Positions 43,573-59,500 of a stretch of 64,000 nt of DNA are shown in pieces (positions within the stretch are counted from its first letter, which is position 1; every line of letters begins with the position of its first letter). A program made the position numbers and the translations under genes. The stretch covers positions 12,214,001 through 12,278,000 of the forward strand of contig OZ059896.1 in the NCBI GenBank assembly GCA_964057225.1, given 5' to 3'. The notes below the pieces were generated by a model that was not told where the DNA came from, searched no databases, and saw only the letters and a program-made list of their open reading frames with translations. Origin of the DNA: Auanema rhodensis (Eukaryota; Animalia; Nematoda).

Positions 43573-44105
43573 TGTGCTGAAGCACTCTCATCCCGTGATA
43601 ATAGTGTTCCTCCTTAGTTTAAGTTCAATTGTACTTCTTTATTGTCCTCTCTTTGTACTATCCATTATCCTCAACTATCTAATCGATAATCCTGTAAGTT
43701 GTCACCAACGGCCGATTTGCCGATGAATCACCTATCGCCCTTTGCCATCTGATCCATTAGGCAAGATCTTAGGCGCGATAGCCGTCGCCCACTTGCAAGG
43801 GGGATGAATCACATAGGATTTAGACCCCTCCTCTCGCTTTCTACAATTAATACATTATCTATCACTTCCGGGGACCTAGTATATAAACCCGCAATAATTC
43901 TTCTAAATCATGTCTCAATATTATCCTGCCACCGCTATCATCTTCCCGTCAATTTATTTCTGTTTTACTCGTATTGTATTCGTATCGCCGATAATAAACT
44001 CTTCTCTTGTACTCGCGTCTATTGCCTATTACTTGGACTAATATTCCACTACCACTGAACCACAAATGCCCGTTATTCGCTCTCCAACTAGAGGACAAAA
44101 CGACA
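43573..44105 (+). repeat. 3' LTR of copy 2
   Basis: Preceded by GGCCGGAG, ends ACGACA, followed by GATCA. Confidence 0.97.
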
Positions 44106-47100
44106 GATCATTAAAAAACATTTAAATTTCAATATTGTGATGCTCAAAAACTGAAACAGTTAAATATTTTGTATTTTCTAAACCATTTCACTCCATCTCT
44201 TTCATTTAATTCCATATTATAAACAATTTTATATTTCTACCACGAATTCATAACTTCATTTTTTAAATTTTTAATCATTAAAAAACATTTAAATTTCAAT
44301 ATTGTGATGCTCAAAAACTGAAACATTTAAATATTTTGTATTTTCTAAACCATTTTACTCCATCGCTTTCATTTAATCCCATATTTTAAACAATTTTATA
44401 TTTCTACCACGAATTCATAACTTCATTTTTTAAATTTTTAATCATTAAAAAACATATAAATTTCAATATTGTGATGCTCAAAAACTGAAACATTTAAATA
44501 TTTTGTATTTTCTAAACCATTTCACTCCATCTCTTTCATTTAATTCCATATTTTAAACAATTTTATATTTCTACCACGAATTCATAACTTCATTTTTTAA
44601 ATTTTTGATCATTAAAAAACATTTAAATTTCAATATTGTGATGCTCAAAAACTGAAACAGTTAAATATTTTGTATTTTCTAAACCATTTCACTCCATCTC
44701 TTTCATTTAATTCCATATTATAAACAATTTTATATTTCTACCACGAATTCATAACTTCATTTTTTAAATTTTTAATCATTAAAAAACATTTAAATTTCAA
44801 TATTGTGATGCTCAAAAACTGAAACATTTAAATATTTTGTATTTTCTAAACCATTTTACTCCATCGCTTTCATTTAATCCCATATTTTAAACAATTTTAT
44901 ATTTCTACCACGAATTCATAACTTCATTTTTTAAATTTTTGATCATTAAAAAACATTTAAATTTCAATATTGTGATGCTCAAAAACTGAAACAGTTGAAT
45001 ATTTTGTATTTTCTAAACCATTTTACTCCATCGCTTTTATATTTCTACCGCTATTTCATAAATTCATTTTTTAAATTTTTAATCATTAAAAAACATATAA
45101 ATTTCAATATTGTGATGCTCAAAAACTGAAACATTTAAATATTTTGTATTTTCTAAACCATTTCACTCCATCTCTTTCATTTAATTCCATATTTTAAACA
45201 ATTTTATATTTCTACCACGAATTCATAACTTCATTTTTTAAATTTTTGATCATTAAAAAACATTTAAATTTCAATATTGTGATGCTCAAAAACTGAAACA
45301 GTTGAATATTTTGTAATTTCTAAACCATTTTACTCCATCGCTTTTATTTAATTCCATATTTTAAACAATTTTATATTTCTACCGCTATTTCATAATTTCA
45401 TTTTTTAAATTTTTAATCATTAAAAAACATTTAAATTTCAATATTGTGATGCTCAAAAACTGAAACATTTAAATATTTTGTATTTTCTAAACCATTTCAC
45501 TCCATCTCTTTCATTTAATTCCATATTTTAAACAATTTTATATTTCTACCACGAATTCATAACTTCATTTTTTAAATTTTTGATCATTAAAAAACATTTA
45601 AATTTCAATGTTGTGATGCTCAAAAACTGAAACAGTTGAATATTTTGTAATTTCTAAACCATTTTACTCCATCTCTTTCATTTAATTCCATATTTTAAAC
45701 AATTTTATATTTCTACCACGAATTCATAACTTCATTTTTTAAATTTTTAATCATTAAAAAACATTTAAATTTCAATATTGTGATGCTCAAAAACTGAAAC
45801 ATTTAAATATTTTGTATTTTCTAAACCATTTCACTCCATCTCTTTCATTTAATTCCATATTTTAAACAATTTTATATTTCTACCACGAATTCATAACTTC
45901 ATTTTTTAAATTTTTGATCATTAAAAAACATTTAAATTTCAATATTGTGATGCTCAAAAACTGAAACAGTTGAATATTTTGTAATTTCTAAACCATTTTA
46001 CTCCATCGCTTTTATTTAATCTCATATTTTAAACAATTTTATATTTCTACCGCTATTTCATAATTTCATTTTTTAAATTTTTAATCATTAAAAAACATTT
46101 AAATTTCAATATTGTGATGCTCAAAAACTGAAACAGTTGAATATTTTGTATTTTCTAAACCATTTTACTTCATATCTTTCATTTAATTCCATATTTTAAA
46201 CAATTTTATATTTCTACCACGAATTCATAACTTCATTTTTTAAATTTTTAATCATTAAAAAACATTTAAATTTCAATATTGTGATGCTCAAAAACTGAAA
46301 CAGTTGAATATTTTGTATTTTCTAAACCATTTTACTCCATCTATTTTATTTAATCCCACATTTTAAACAATTTTATATTTCTACCGCTGTTTCATAAATT
46401 CATTTTTTAAATTTTTAATCATTAAAAAACATATAAATTTCAATATTGTGATGCTCAAAAACTGAAACATTTAAATATTTTGTATTTTCTAAACCATTTC
46501 ACTCCATCTCTTTCATTTAATTCCATATTTTAAACAATTTTATATTTCTACCACGAATTCATAACTTCATTTTTTAAATTTTTAATCATTAAAAAACATT
46601 TAAATTTCAATATTGTGATGCTCAAAAACTGAAACAGTTGAATATTTTGTAATTTCTAAACCATTTTACTCCATCTCTTTCATTTAATTCCATATTTTAA
46701 ACAATTTTATATTTCTACCGCTGTTTCATAAATTCATTTTTTAAATTTTTAATCATTAAAAAACATATAAATTTCAATATTGTGATGCTCAAAAACTGAA
46801 ACATTTAAATATTTTGTATTTTCTAAACCATTTCACTCCATCTCTTTCATTTAATTCCATATTTTAAACAATTTTATATTTCTACCACGAATTCATAACT
46901 TCATTTTTTAAATTTTTGATCATTAAAAAACATTTAAATTTCAATATTGTGATGCTCAAAAACTGAAACAGTTAAATATTTTGTATTTTCTAAACCATTT
47001 CACTCCATCTCTTTCATTTAATTCCATATTATAAACAATTTTATATTTCTACCACGAATTCATAACTTCATTTTTTAAATTTTTAATCATTAAAAAACAT

Positions 47101-49062
47101 TTAAATTTCAATATTGTGATGCTCAAAAACTGAAACATTTAAATATTTTGTATTTTCTAAACCATTTTACTCCATCGCTTTTATTTAATCCCATATTTTA
47201 AACAATTTTATATTTCTACCACGAATTCATAACTTCATTTTTTAAATTTTTGATCATTAAAAAACATTTAAATTTCAATATTGTGATGCTCAAAAACTGA
47301 AACAGTTGAATATTTTGTATTTTCTAAACCATTTTACTCCATCGCTTTTATATTTCTACCGCTATTTCATAAATTCATTTTTTAAATTTTTAATCATTAA
47401 AAAACATATAAATTTCAATATTGTGATGCTCAAAAACTGAAACATTTAAATATTTTGTATTTTCTAAACCATTTCACTCCATCTCTTTCATTTAATTCCA
47501 TATTTTAAACAATTTTATATTTCTACCACGAATTCATAAATTCATTTTTTAAATTTTTAATCATTAAAAAACATATAAATTTCAATATTGTGATGCTCAA
47601 AAACTGAAACAGTTAAATATTTTGTATTTTCTAAACCATTTCACTCCATCTCTTTCATTTAATTCCATATTATAAACAATTTTATATTTCTACCACGAAT
47701 TCATAACTTCATTTTTTAAATTTTTAATCATTAAAAAACATTTAAATTTCAATATTGTGATGCTCAAAAACTGAAACATTTAAATATTTTGTATTTTCTA
47801 AACCATTTTACTTCATATCTTTCATTTAATTCCATATTTTAAACAATTTTATATTTCTACCACGAATTCATAACTTCATTTTTTAAATTTTTAATCATTA
47901 AAAAACATTTAAATTTCAATATTGTGATGCTCAAAAACTGAAACAGTTGAATATTTTGTAATTTCTAAACCATTTTACTCCATCTCTTTCATTTAATTCC
48001 ATATTTTAAACAATTTTATATTTCTACCGCTGTTTCATAAATTCATTTTTTAAATTTTTAATCATTAAAAAACATATAAATTTCAATATTGTGATGCTCA
48101 AAAACTGAAACATTTGAATATTTTGTATTTTCTAAACCATTTCACTCCATCTCTTTCATTTAATTCCATATTTTAAACAATTTTATATTTCTACCACGAA
48201 TTCATAACTTCATTTTTTAAATTTTTGATCATTAAAAAACATTTAAATTTCAATATTGTGATGCTCAAAAACTGAAACAGTTAAATATTTTGTATTTTCT
48301 AAACCATTTCACTCCATCTCTTTCATTTAATTCCATATTATAAACAATTTTATATTTCTACCACGAATTCATAACTTCATTTTTTAAATTTTTAATCATT
48401 AAAAAACATTTAAATTTCAATATTGTGATGCTCAAAAACTGAAACATTTAAATATTTTGTATTTTCTAAACCATTTTACTCCATCGCTTTTATTTAATCC
48501 CATATTTTAAACAATTTTATATTTCTACCACGAATTCATAACTTCATTTTTTAAATTTTTGATCATTAAAAAACATTTAAATTTCAATATTGTGATGCTC
48601 AAAAACTGAAACAGTTGAATATTTTGTATTTTCTAAACCATTTTACTCCATCGCTTTTATATTTCTACCGCTATTTCATAAATTCATTTTTTAAATTTTT
48701 AATCATTAAAAAACATATAAATTTCAATATTGTGATGCTCAAAAACTGAAACATTTAAATATTTTGTATTTTCTAAACCATTTCACTCCATCTCTTTCAT
48801 TTAATTCCATATTTTAAACAATTTTATATTTCTACCACGAATTCATAATTTCATTTTTTAAATTTTTAATCATTAAAAAACATTTAAATTTCAATATTGT
48901 GATGCTCAAAAACTGAAACATTTAAATATTTTGTATTTTCTAAACCATTTCACTCCATCTCTTTCATTTAATTCCATATTTTAAACAATTTTATATTTCT
49001 ACCACGAATTCATAACTTCATTTTTTAAATTTTTGATCATTAAAAAACATTTAAATTTCAAT

Positions 49063-52000
49063 GTTGTGATGCTCAAAAACTGAAACAGTTGAATATTTTG
49101 TAATTTCTAAACCATTTTACTCCATCTCTTTCATTTAATTCCATATTTTAAACAATTTTATATTTCTACCACGAATTCATAACTTCATTTTTTAAATTTT
49201 TAATCATTAAAAAACATTTAAATTTCAATATTGTGATGCTCAAAAACTGAAACATTTAAATATTTTGTATTTTCTAAACCATTTCACTCCATCTCTTTCA
49301 TTTAATTCCATATTTTAAACAATTTTATATTTCTACCACGAATTCATAACTTCATTTTTTAAATTTTTGATCATTAAAAAACATTTAAATTTCAATATTG
49401 TGATGCTCAAAAACTGAAACAGTTGAATATTTTGTAATTTCTAAACCATTTTACTCCATCGCTTTTATTTAATCCCATATTTTAAACAATTTTATATTTC
49501 TACCGCTATTTCATAATTTCATTTTTTAAATTTTTAATCATTAAAAAACATTTAAATTTCAATATTGTGATGCTCAAAAACTGAAACAGTGGAATTTTTT
49601 GTAATTTCTAAACCATTTTACTTCATATCTTTCATTTAATTCCATATTTTAAACAATTTTATATTTCTACCACGAATTCATAACTTCATTTTTTAAATTT
49701 TTGATCATTAAAAAACATTTAAATTTCAATATTGTGATGCTCAAAAACTGAAACAGTTGAATATTTTGTATTTTCTAAACCATTTTACTCCATCGCTTTT
49801 ATATTTCTACCGCTATTTCATAAATTCATTTTTTAAATTTTTAATCATTAAAAAACATATAAATTTCAATATTGTGATGCTCAAAAACTGAAACATTTAA
49901 ATATTTTGTATTTTCTAAACCATTTCACTCCATCTCTTTCATTTAATTCCATATTTTAAACAATTTTATATTTCTACCACGAATTCATAAATTCATTTTT
50001 TAAATTTTTAATCATTAAAAAACATATAAATTTCAATATTGTGATGCTCAAAAACTGAAACAGTTAAATATTTTGTATTTTCTAAACCATTTCACTCCAT
50101 CTCTTTCATTTAATTCCATATTATAAACAATTTTATATTTCTACCACGAATTCATAACTTCATTTTTTAAATTTTTAATCATTAAAAAACATTTAAATTT
50201 CAATATTGTGATGCTCAAAAACTGAAACATTTAAATATTTTGTATTTTCTAAACCATTTTACTTCATATCTTTCATTTAATTCCATATTTTAAACAATTT
50301 TATATTTCTACCACGAATTCATAACTTCATTTTTTAAATTTTTAATCATTAAAAAACATTTAAATTTCAATATTGTGATGCTCAAAAACTGAAACATTTA
50401 AATATTTTGTATTTTCTAAACCATTTCACTCCATCTCTTTCATTTAATTCCATATTTTAAACAATTTTATATTTCTACCACGAATTCATAACTTCATTTT
50501 TTAAATTTTTAATCATTAAAAAACATTTAAATTTCAATATTGTGATGCTCAAAAACTGAAACAGTTGAATATTTTGTAATTTCTAAACCATTTTACTCCA
50601 TCTCTTTCATTTAATTCCATATTTTAAACAATTTTATATTTCTACCGCTGTTTCATAAATTCATTTTTTAAATTTTTAATCATTAAAAAACATATAAATT
50701 TCAATATTGTGATGCTCAAAAACTGAAACATTTGAATATTTTGTATTTTCTAAACCATTTCACTCCATCTCTTTCATTTAATTCCATATTTTAAACAATT
50801 TTATATTTCTACCACGAATTCATAACTTCATTTTTTAAATTTTTGATCATTAAAAAACATTTAAATTTCAATGTTGTGATGCTCAAAAACTGAAACAGTT
50901 GAATATTTTGTAATTTCTAAACCATTTTACTCCATCTCTTTCATTTAATTCCATATTTTAAACAATTTTATATTTCTACCACGAATTCATAACTTCATTT
51001 TTTAAATTTTTAATCATTAAAAAACATTTAAATTTCAATATTGTGATGCTCAAAAACTGAAACATTTAAATATTTTGTATTTTCTAAACCATTTCACTCC
51101 ATCTCTTTCATTTAATTCCATATTTTAAACAATTTTATATTTCTACCACGAATTCATAACTTCATTTTTTAAATTTTTGATCATTAAAAAACATTTAAAT
51201 TTCAATATTGTGATGCTCAAAAACTGAAACAGTTGAATATTTTGTAATTTCTAAACCATTTTACTCCATCGCTTTTATTTAATCCCATATTTTAAACAAT
51301 TTTATATTTCTACCGCTATTTCATAATTTCATTTTTTAAATTTTTAATCATTAAAAAACATTTAAATTTCAATATTGTGATGCTCAAAAACTGAAACAGT
51401 GGAATTTTTTGTAATTTCTAAACCATTTTACTTCATATCTTTCATTTAATTCCATATTTTAAACAATTTTATATTTCTACCACGAATTCATAACTTCATT
51501 TTTTAAATTTTTGATCATTAAAAAACATTTAAATTTCAATATTGTGATGCTCAAAAACTGAAACAGTTGAATATTTTGTATTTTCTAAACCATTTTACTC
51601 CATCGCTTTTATATTTCTACCGCTATTTCATAAATTCATTTTTTAAATTTTTAATCATTAAAAAACATATAAATTTCAATATTGTGATGCTCAAAAACTG
51701 AAACATTTAAATATTTTGTATTTTCTAAACCATTTCACTCCATCTCTTTCATTTAATTCCATATTTTAAACAATTTTATATTTCTACCACGAATTCATAA
51801 ATTCATTTTTTAAATTTTTAATCATTAAAAAACATATAAATTTCAATATTGTGATGCTCAAAAACTGAAACAGTTAAATATTTTGTATTTTCTAAACCAT
51901 TTCACTCCATCTCTTTCATTTAATTCCATATTATAAACAATTTTATATTTCTACCACGAATTCATAACTTCATTTTTTAAATTTTTAATCATTAAAAAAC

Positions 52001-52680
52001 ATTTAAATTTCAATATTGTGATGCTCAAAAACTGAAACATTTAAATATTTTGTATTTTCTAAACCATTTTACTTCATATCTTTCATTTAATTCCATATTT
52101 TAAACAATTTTATATTTCTACCACGAATTCATAACTTCATTTTTTAAATTTTTAATCATTAAAAAACATTTAAATTTCAATATTGTGATGCTCAAAAACT
52201 GAAACATTTAAATATTTTGTATTTTCTAAACCATTTCACTCCATCTCTTTCATTTAATTCCATATTTTAAACAATTTTATATTTCTACCACGAATTCATA
52301 ACTTCATTTTTTAAATTTTTAATCATTAAAAAACATTTAAATTTCAATATTGTGATGCTCAAAAACTGAAACAGTTGAATATTTTGTAATTTCTAAACCA
52401 TTTTACTCCATCTCTTTCATTTAATTCCATATTTTAAACAATTTTATATTTCTACCGCTGTTTCATAAATTCATTTTTTAAATTTTTAATCATTAAAAAA
52501 CATATAAATTTCAATATTGTGATGCTCAAAAACTGAAACTTTTGAATATTTTGTATTTTCTAAACCATTTCACTCCATCTCTTTCATTTAATTCCATATT
52601 TTAAACAATTTTATATTTCTACCACGAATTCATAACTTCATTTTTTAAATTTTTGATCATTAAAAAACATTTAAATTTCA
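49063..52680. repeat. Local 11-mer (1,810-bp) duplication
   Basis: GTGGAATTTTTT variant at ~49590 and ~51400, and 140-bp monomers at 49731 and 51541; 1810 = 10x167+140. Limits approximate. Confidence 0.8.
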
Positions 52681-53989
52681 ATATTGTGATGCTCAAAAAC
52701 TGAAACAGTTAAATATTTTGTATTTTCTAAACCATTTCACTCCATCTCTTTCATTTAATTCCATATTATAAACAATTTTATATTTCTACCACGAATTCAT
52801 AACTTCATTTTTTAAATTTTTAATCATTAAAAAACATTTAAATTTCAATATTGTGATGCTCAAAAACTGAAACATTTAAATATTTTGTATTTTCTAAACC
52901 ATTTTACTCCATCGCTTTTATTTAATCCCATATTTTAAACAATTTTATATTTCTACCACGAATTCATAACTTCATTTTTTAAATTTTTGATCATTAAAAA
53001 ACATTTAAATTTCAATATTGTGATGCTCAAAAACTGAAACAGTTGAATATTTTGTATTTTCTGAACCATTTTACTCCATCGCTTTTATATTTCTACCGCT
53101 ATTTCATAAATTCATTTTTTAAATTTTTAATCATTAAAAAACATATAAATTTCAATATTGTGATGCTCAAAAACTGAAACATTTAAATATTTTGTATTTT
53201 CTAAACCATTTCACTCCATCTCTTTCATTTAATTCCATATTTTAAACAATTTTATATTTCTACCACGAATTCATAACTTCATTTTTTAAATTTTTAATCA
53301 TTAAAAAACATTTAAATTTCAATATTGTGATGCTCAAAAACTGAAACATTTAAATATTTTGTATTTTCTAAACCATTTCACTCCATCTCTTTCATTTAAT
53401 TCCATATTATAAACAATTTTATATTTCTACCACGAATTCATAACTTCATTTTTTAAATTTTTAATCATTAAAAAACATATAAATTTCAATATTGTGATGC
53501 TCAAAAACTGAAACATTTAAATATTTTGTATTTTCTAAACCATTTCACTCCATCTCTTTCATTTAATTCCATATTTTAAACAATTTTATATTTCTACCAC
53601 GAATTCATAACTTCATTTTTTAAATTTTTGATCATTAAAAAACATTTAAATTTCAATATTGTGATGCTCAAAAACTGAAACAGTTGAATATTTTGTAATT
53701 TCTAAACCATTTTACTCCATCGCTTTTATTTAATTCCATATTTTAAACAATTTTATATTTCTACCGCTATTTCATAATTTCATTTTTTAAATTTTTAATC
53801 ATTAAAAAACATTTAAATTTCAATATTGTGATGCTCAAAAACTGAAACATTTAAATATTTTGTATTTTCTAAACCATTTCACTCCATCTCTTTCATTTAA
53901 TTCCATATTTTAAACAATTTTATATTTCTACCACGAATTCATAACTTCATTTTTTAAATTTTTGATCATTAAAAAACATTTAAATTTCA

Positions 53990-56900
53990 ATGTTGTGATG
54001 CTCAAAAACTGAAACAGTTGAATATTTTGTAATTTCTAAACCATTTTACTCCATCTCTTTCATTTAATTCCATATTTTAAACAATTTTATATTTCTACCA
54101 CGAATTCATAACTTCATTTTTTAAATTTTTAATCATTAAAAAACATTTAAATTTCAATATTGTGATGCTCAAAAACTGAAACATTTAAATATTTTGTATT
54201 TTCTAAACCATTTCACTCCATCTCTTTCATTTAATTCCATATTTTAAACAATTTTATATTTCTACCACGAATTCATAACTTCATTTTTTAAATTTTTGAT
54301 CATTAAAAAACATTTAAATTTCAATATTGTGATGCTCAAAAACTGAAACAGTGAATATTTTGTAATTTCTAAACCATTTTACTCCATCGCTTTTATTTAA
54401 TCCCATATTTTAAACAATTTTATATTTCTACCGCTATTTCATAATTTCATTTTTTAAATTTTTAATCATTAAAAAACATTTAAATTTCAATATTGTGATG
54501 CTCAAAAACTGAAACAGTGGAATTTTTTGTAATTTCTAAACCATTTTACTTCATATCTTTCATTTAATTCCATATTTTAAACAATTTTATATTTCTACCA
54601 CGAATTCATAACTTCATTTTTTAAATTTTTGATCATTAAAAAACATTTAAATTTCAATATTGTGATGCTCAAAAACTGAAACAGTTGAATATTTTGTAAT
54701 TTCTAAACCATTTTACTCCATCGCTTTTATTTAATTCCATATTTTAAACAATTTTATATTTCTACCGCTATTTCATAATTTCATTTTTTAAATTTTTAAT
54801 CATTAAAAAACATTTAAATTTCAATATTGTGATGCTCAAAAACTGAAACATTTAAATATTTTGTATTTTCTAAACCATTTCACTCCATCTCTTTCATTTA
54901 ATTCCATATTTTAAACAATTTTATATTTCTACCACGAATTCATAACTTCATTTTTTAAATTTTTGATCATTAAAAAACATTTAAATTTCAATGTTGTGAT
55001 GCTCAAAAACTGAAACAGTTGAATATTTTGTAATTTCTAAACCATTTTACTCCATCGCTTTTATTTAATCTCATATTTTAAACAATTTTATATTTCTACC
55101 GCTATTTCATAATTTCATTTTTTAAATTTTTAATCATTAAAAAACATTTAAATTTCAATATTGTGATGCTCAAAAACTGAAACAGTTGAATATTTTGTAT
55201 TTTCTAAACCATTTTACTTCATATCTTTCATTTAATTCCATATTTTAAACAATTTTATATTTCTACCACGAATTCATAACTTCATTTTTTAAATTTTTAA
55301 TCATTAAAAAACATTTAAATTTCAATATTGTGATGCTCAAAAACTGAAACAGTTGAATATTTTGTATTTTCTAAACCATTTTACTCCATCTATTTTATTT
55401 AATCCCACATTTTAAACAATTTTATATTTCTACCGCTATTTCATAATTTCATTTTTTAAATTTTTAATCATTAAAAAACATTTAAATTTCAATATTGTGA
55501 TGCTCAAAAACTGAAACATTTAAATATTTTGTATTTTCTAAACCATTTCACTCCATCTCTTTCATTTAATTCCATATTTTAAACAATTTTATATTTCTAC
55601 CACGAATTCATAACTTCATTTTTTAAATTTTTGATCATTAAAAAACATTTAAATTTCAATGTTGTGATGCTCAAAAACTGAAACAGTTGAATATTTTGTA
55701 ATTTCTAAACCATTTTACTCCATCGCTTTTATTTAATCTCATATTTTAAACAATTTTATATTTCTACCGCTATTTCATAATTTCATTTTTTAAATTTTTA
55801 ATCATTAAAAAACATTTAAATTTCAATATTGTGATGCTCAAAAACTGAAACAGTTGAATATTTTGTATTTTCTAAACCATTTTACTTCATATCTTTCATT
55901 TAATTCCATATTTTAAACAATTTTATATTTCTACCACGAATTCATAACTTCATTTTTTAAATTTTTAATCATTAAAAAACATTTAAATTTCAATATTGTG
56001 ATGCTCAAAAACTGAAACAGTTGAATATTTTGTATTTTCTAAACCATTTTACTCCATCTATTTTATTTAATCCCACATTTTAAACAATTTTATATTTCTA
56101 CCGCTGTTTCATAAATTCATTTTTTAAATTTTTAATCATTAAAAAACATATAAATTTCAATATTGTGATGCTCAAAAACTGAAACATTTAAATATTTTGT
56201 ATTTTCTAAACCATTTCACTCCATCTCTTTCATTTAATTCCATATTTTAAACAATTTTATATTTCTACCACGAATTCATAACTTCATTTTTTAAATTTTT
56301 AATCATTAAAAAACATTTAAATTTCAATATTGTGATGCTCAAAAACTGAAACAGTTGAATATTTTGTAATTTCTAAACCATTTTACTCCATCTCTTTCAT
56401 TTAATTCCATATTTTAAACAATTTTATATTTCTACCGCTGTTTCATAAATTCATTTTTTAAATTTTTAATCATTAAAAAACATATAAATTTCAATATTGT
56501 GATGCTCAAAAACTGAAACATTTAAATATTTTGTATTTTCTAAACCATTTCACTCCATCTCTTTCATTTAATTCCATATTTTAAACAATTTTATATTTCT
56601 ACCACGAATTCATAACTTCATTTTTTAAATTTTTGATCATTAAAAAACATTTAAATTTCAATGTTGTGATGCTCAAAAACTGAAACAGTTGAATATTTTG
56701 TAATTTCTAAACCATTTTACTCCATCTCTTTCATTTAATTCCATATTTTAAACAATTTTATATTTCTACCACGAATTCATAACTTCATTTTTTAAATTTT
56801 TAATCATTAAAAAACATTTAAATTTCAATATTGTGATGCTCAAAAACTGAAACATTTAAATATTTTGTATTTTCTAAACCATTTCACTCCATCTCTTTCA

Positions 56901-59330
56901 TTTAATTCCATATTTTAAACAATTTTATATTTCTACCACGAATTCATAACTTCATTTTTTAAATTTTTGATCATTAAAAAACATTTAAATTTCAATATTG
57001 TGATGCTCAAAAACTGAAACAGTGAATATTTTGTAATTTCTAAACCATTTTACTCCATCGCTTTTATTTAATCCCATATTTTAAACAATTTTATATTTCT
57101 ACCGCTATTTCATAATTTCATTTTTTAAATTTTTAATCATTAAAAAACATTTAAATTTCAATATTGTGATGCTCAAAAACTGAAACAGTGGAATTTTTTG
57201 TAATTTCTAAACCATTTTACTTCATATCTTTCATTTAATTCCATATTTTAAACAATTTTATATTTCTACCACGAATTCATAACTTCATTTTTTAAATTTT
57301 TGATCATTAAAAAACATTTAAATTTCAATATTGTGATGCTCAAAAACTGAAACAGTTGAATATTTTGTAATTTCTAAACCATTTTACTCCATCGCTTTTA
57401 TTTAATTCCATATTTTAAACAATTTTATATTTCTACCGCTATTTCATAATTTCATTTTTTAAATTTTTAATCATTAAAAAACATTTAAATTTCAATATTG
57501 TGATGCTCAAAAACTGAAACATTTAAATATTTTGTATTTTCTAAACCATTTCACTCCATCTCTTTCATTTAATTCCATATTTTAAACAATTTTATATTTC
57601 TACCACGAATTCATAACTTCATTTTTTAAATTTTTGATCATTAAAAAACATTTAAATTTCAATGTTGTGATGCTCAAAAACTGAAACAGTTGAATATTTT
57701 GTAATTTCTAAACCATTTTACTCCATCGCTTTTATTTAATCTCATATTTTAAACAATTTTATATTTCTACCGCTATTTCATAATTTCATTTTTTGAATTT
57801 TTAATCATTAAAAAACATTTAAATTTCAATATTGTGATGCTCAAAAACTGAAACAGTTGAATATTTTGTATTTTCTAAACCATTTTACTTCATATCTTTC
57901 ATTTAATTCCATATTTTAAACAATTTTATATTTCTACCACGAATTCATAACTTCATTTTTTAAATTTTTAATCATTAAAAAACATTTAAATTTCAATATT
58001 GTGATGCTCAAAAACTGAAACAGTTGAATATTTTGTATTTTCTAAACCATTTTACTCCATCTATTTTATTTAATCCCACATTTTAAACAATTTTATATTT
58101 CTACCGCTATTTCATAATTTCATTTTTTAAATTTTTAATCATTAAAAAACATTTAAATTTCAATATTGTGATGCTCAAAAACTGAAACATTTAAATATTT
58201 TGTATTTTCTAAACCATTTCACTCCATCTCTTTCATTTAATTCCATATTTTAAACAATTTTATATTTCTACCACGAATTCATAACTTCATTTTTTAAATT
58301 TTTGATCATTAAAAAACATTTAAATTTCAATGTTGTGATGCTCAAAAACTGAAACAGTTGAATATTTTGTAATTTCTAAACCATTTTACTCCATCGCTTT
58401 TATTTAATCTCATATTTTAAACAATTTTATATTTCTACCGCTATTTCATAATTTCATTTTTTAAATTTTTAATCATTAAAAAACATTTAAATTTCAATAT
58501 TGTGATGCTCAAAAACTGAAACAGTTGAATATTTTGTATTTTCTAAACCATTTTACTTCATATCTTTCATTTAATTCCATATTTTAAACAATTTTATATT
58601 TCTACCACGAATTCATAACTTCATTTTTTAAATTTTTAATCATTAAAAAACATTTAAATTTCAATATTGTGATGCTCAAAAACTGAAACAGTTGAATATT
58701 TTGTATTTTCTAAACCATTTTACTCCATCTATTTTATTTAATCCCACATTTTAAACAATTTTATATTTCTACCGCTGTTTCATAAATTCATTTTTTAAAT
58801 TTTTAATCATTAAAAAACATATAAATTTCAATATTGTGATGCTCAAAAACTGAAACATTTAAATATTTTGTATTTTCTAAACCATTTCACTCCATCTCTT
58901 TCATTTAATTCCATATTTTAAACAATTTTATATTTCTACCACGAATTCATAACTTCATTTTTTAAATTTTTAATCATTAAAAAACATTTAAATTTCAATA
59001 TTGTGATGCTCAAAAACTGAAACAGTTGAATATTTTGTAATTTCTAAACCATTTTACTCCATCTCTTTCATTTAATTCCATATTTTAAACAATTTTATAT
59101 TTCTACCGCTGTTTCATAAATTCATTTTTTAAATTTTTAATCATTAAAAAACATATAAATTTCAATATTGTGATGCTCAAAAACTGAAACATTTAAATAT
59201 TTTGTATTTTCTAAACCATTTCACTCCATCTCTTTCATTTAATTCCATATTTTAAACAATTTTATATTTCTACCACGAATTCATAACTTCATTTTTTAAA
59301 TTTTTGATCATTAAAAAACATTTAAATTTC
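53990..59330. repeat. Local 16-mer (2,671-bp) duplication
   Basis: 1-bp-deleted CAGTGAAT at ~54351 and ~57022, GTGGAAT at ~54517 and ~57188; 2671 = 16x167-1. Limits approximate. Confidence 0.8.
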
Positions 59331-59500
59331 AATATTGTGATGCTCAAAAACTGAAACAGTTAAATATTTTGTATTTTCTAAACCATTTCACTCCATCTCT
59401 TTCATTTAATTCCATATTATAAACAATTTTATATTTCTACCACGAATTCATAACTTCATTTTTTAAATTTTTGATCATTAAAAAACATTTAAATTTCAAT

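Larger units (their letters stand above)
34806..44105 (+). mobile_element. Full-length BEL/Pao env-bearing LTR element, copy 2 (9,300 bp)
   Basis: Offset exactly 13,118 from copy 1; the ORF-track translations match; TSD GATCA at 34801-34805 and 44106-44110. Confidence 0.97.

Noticed and set aside
21688-44105. Site-specific (R2-like or centromere-targeting) integration at a fixed satellite position
   Set aside because: Shared rare flank variants are better explained by duplication of one insertion; no chromodomain is recognisable after the integrase. Targeting cannot be excluded without other copies.
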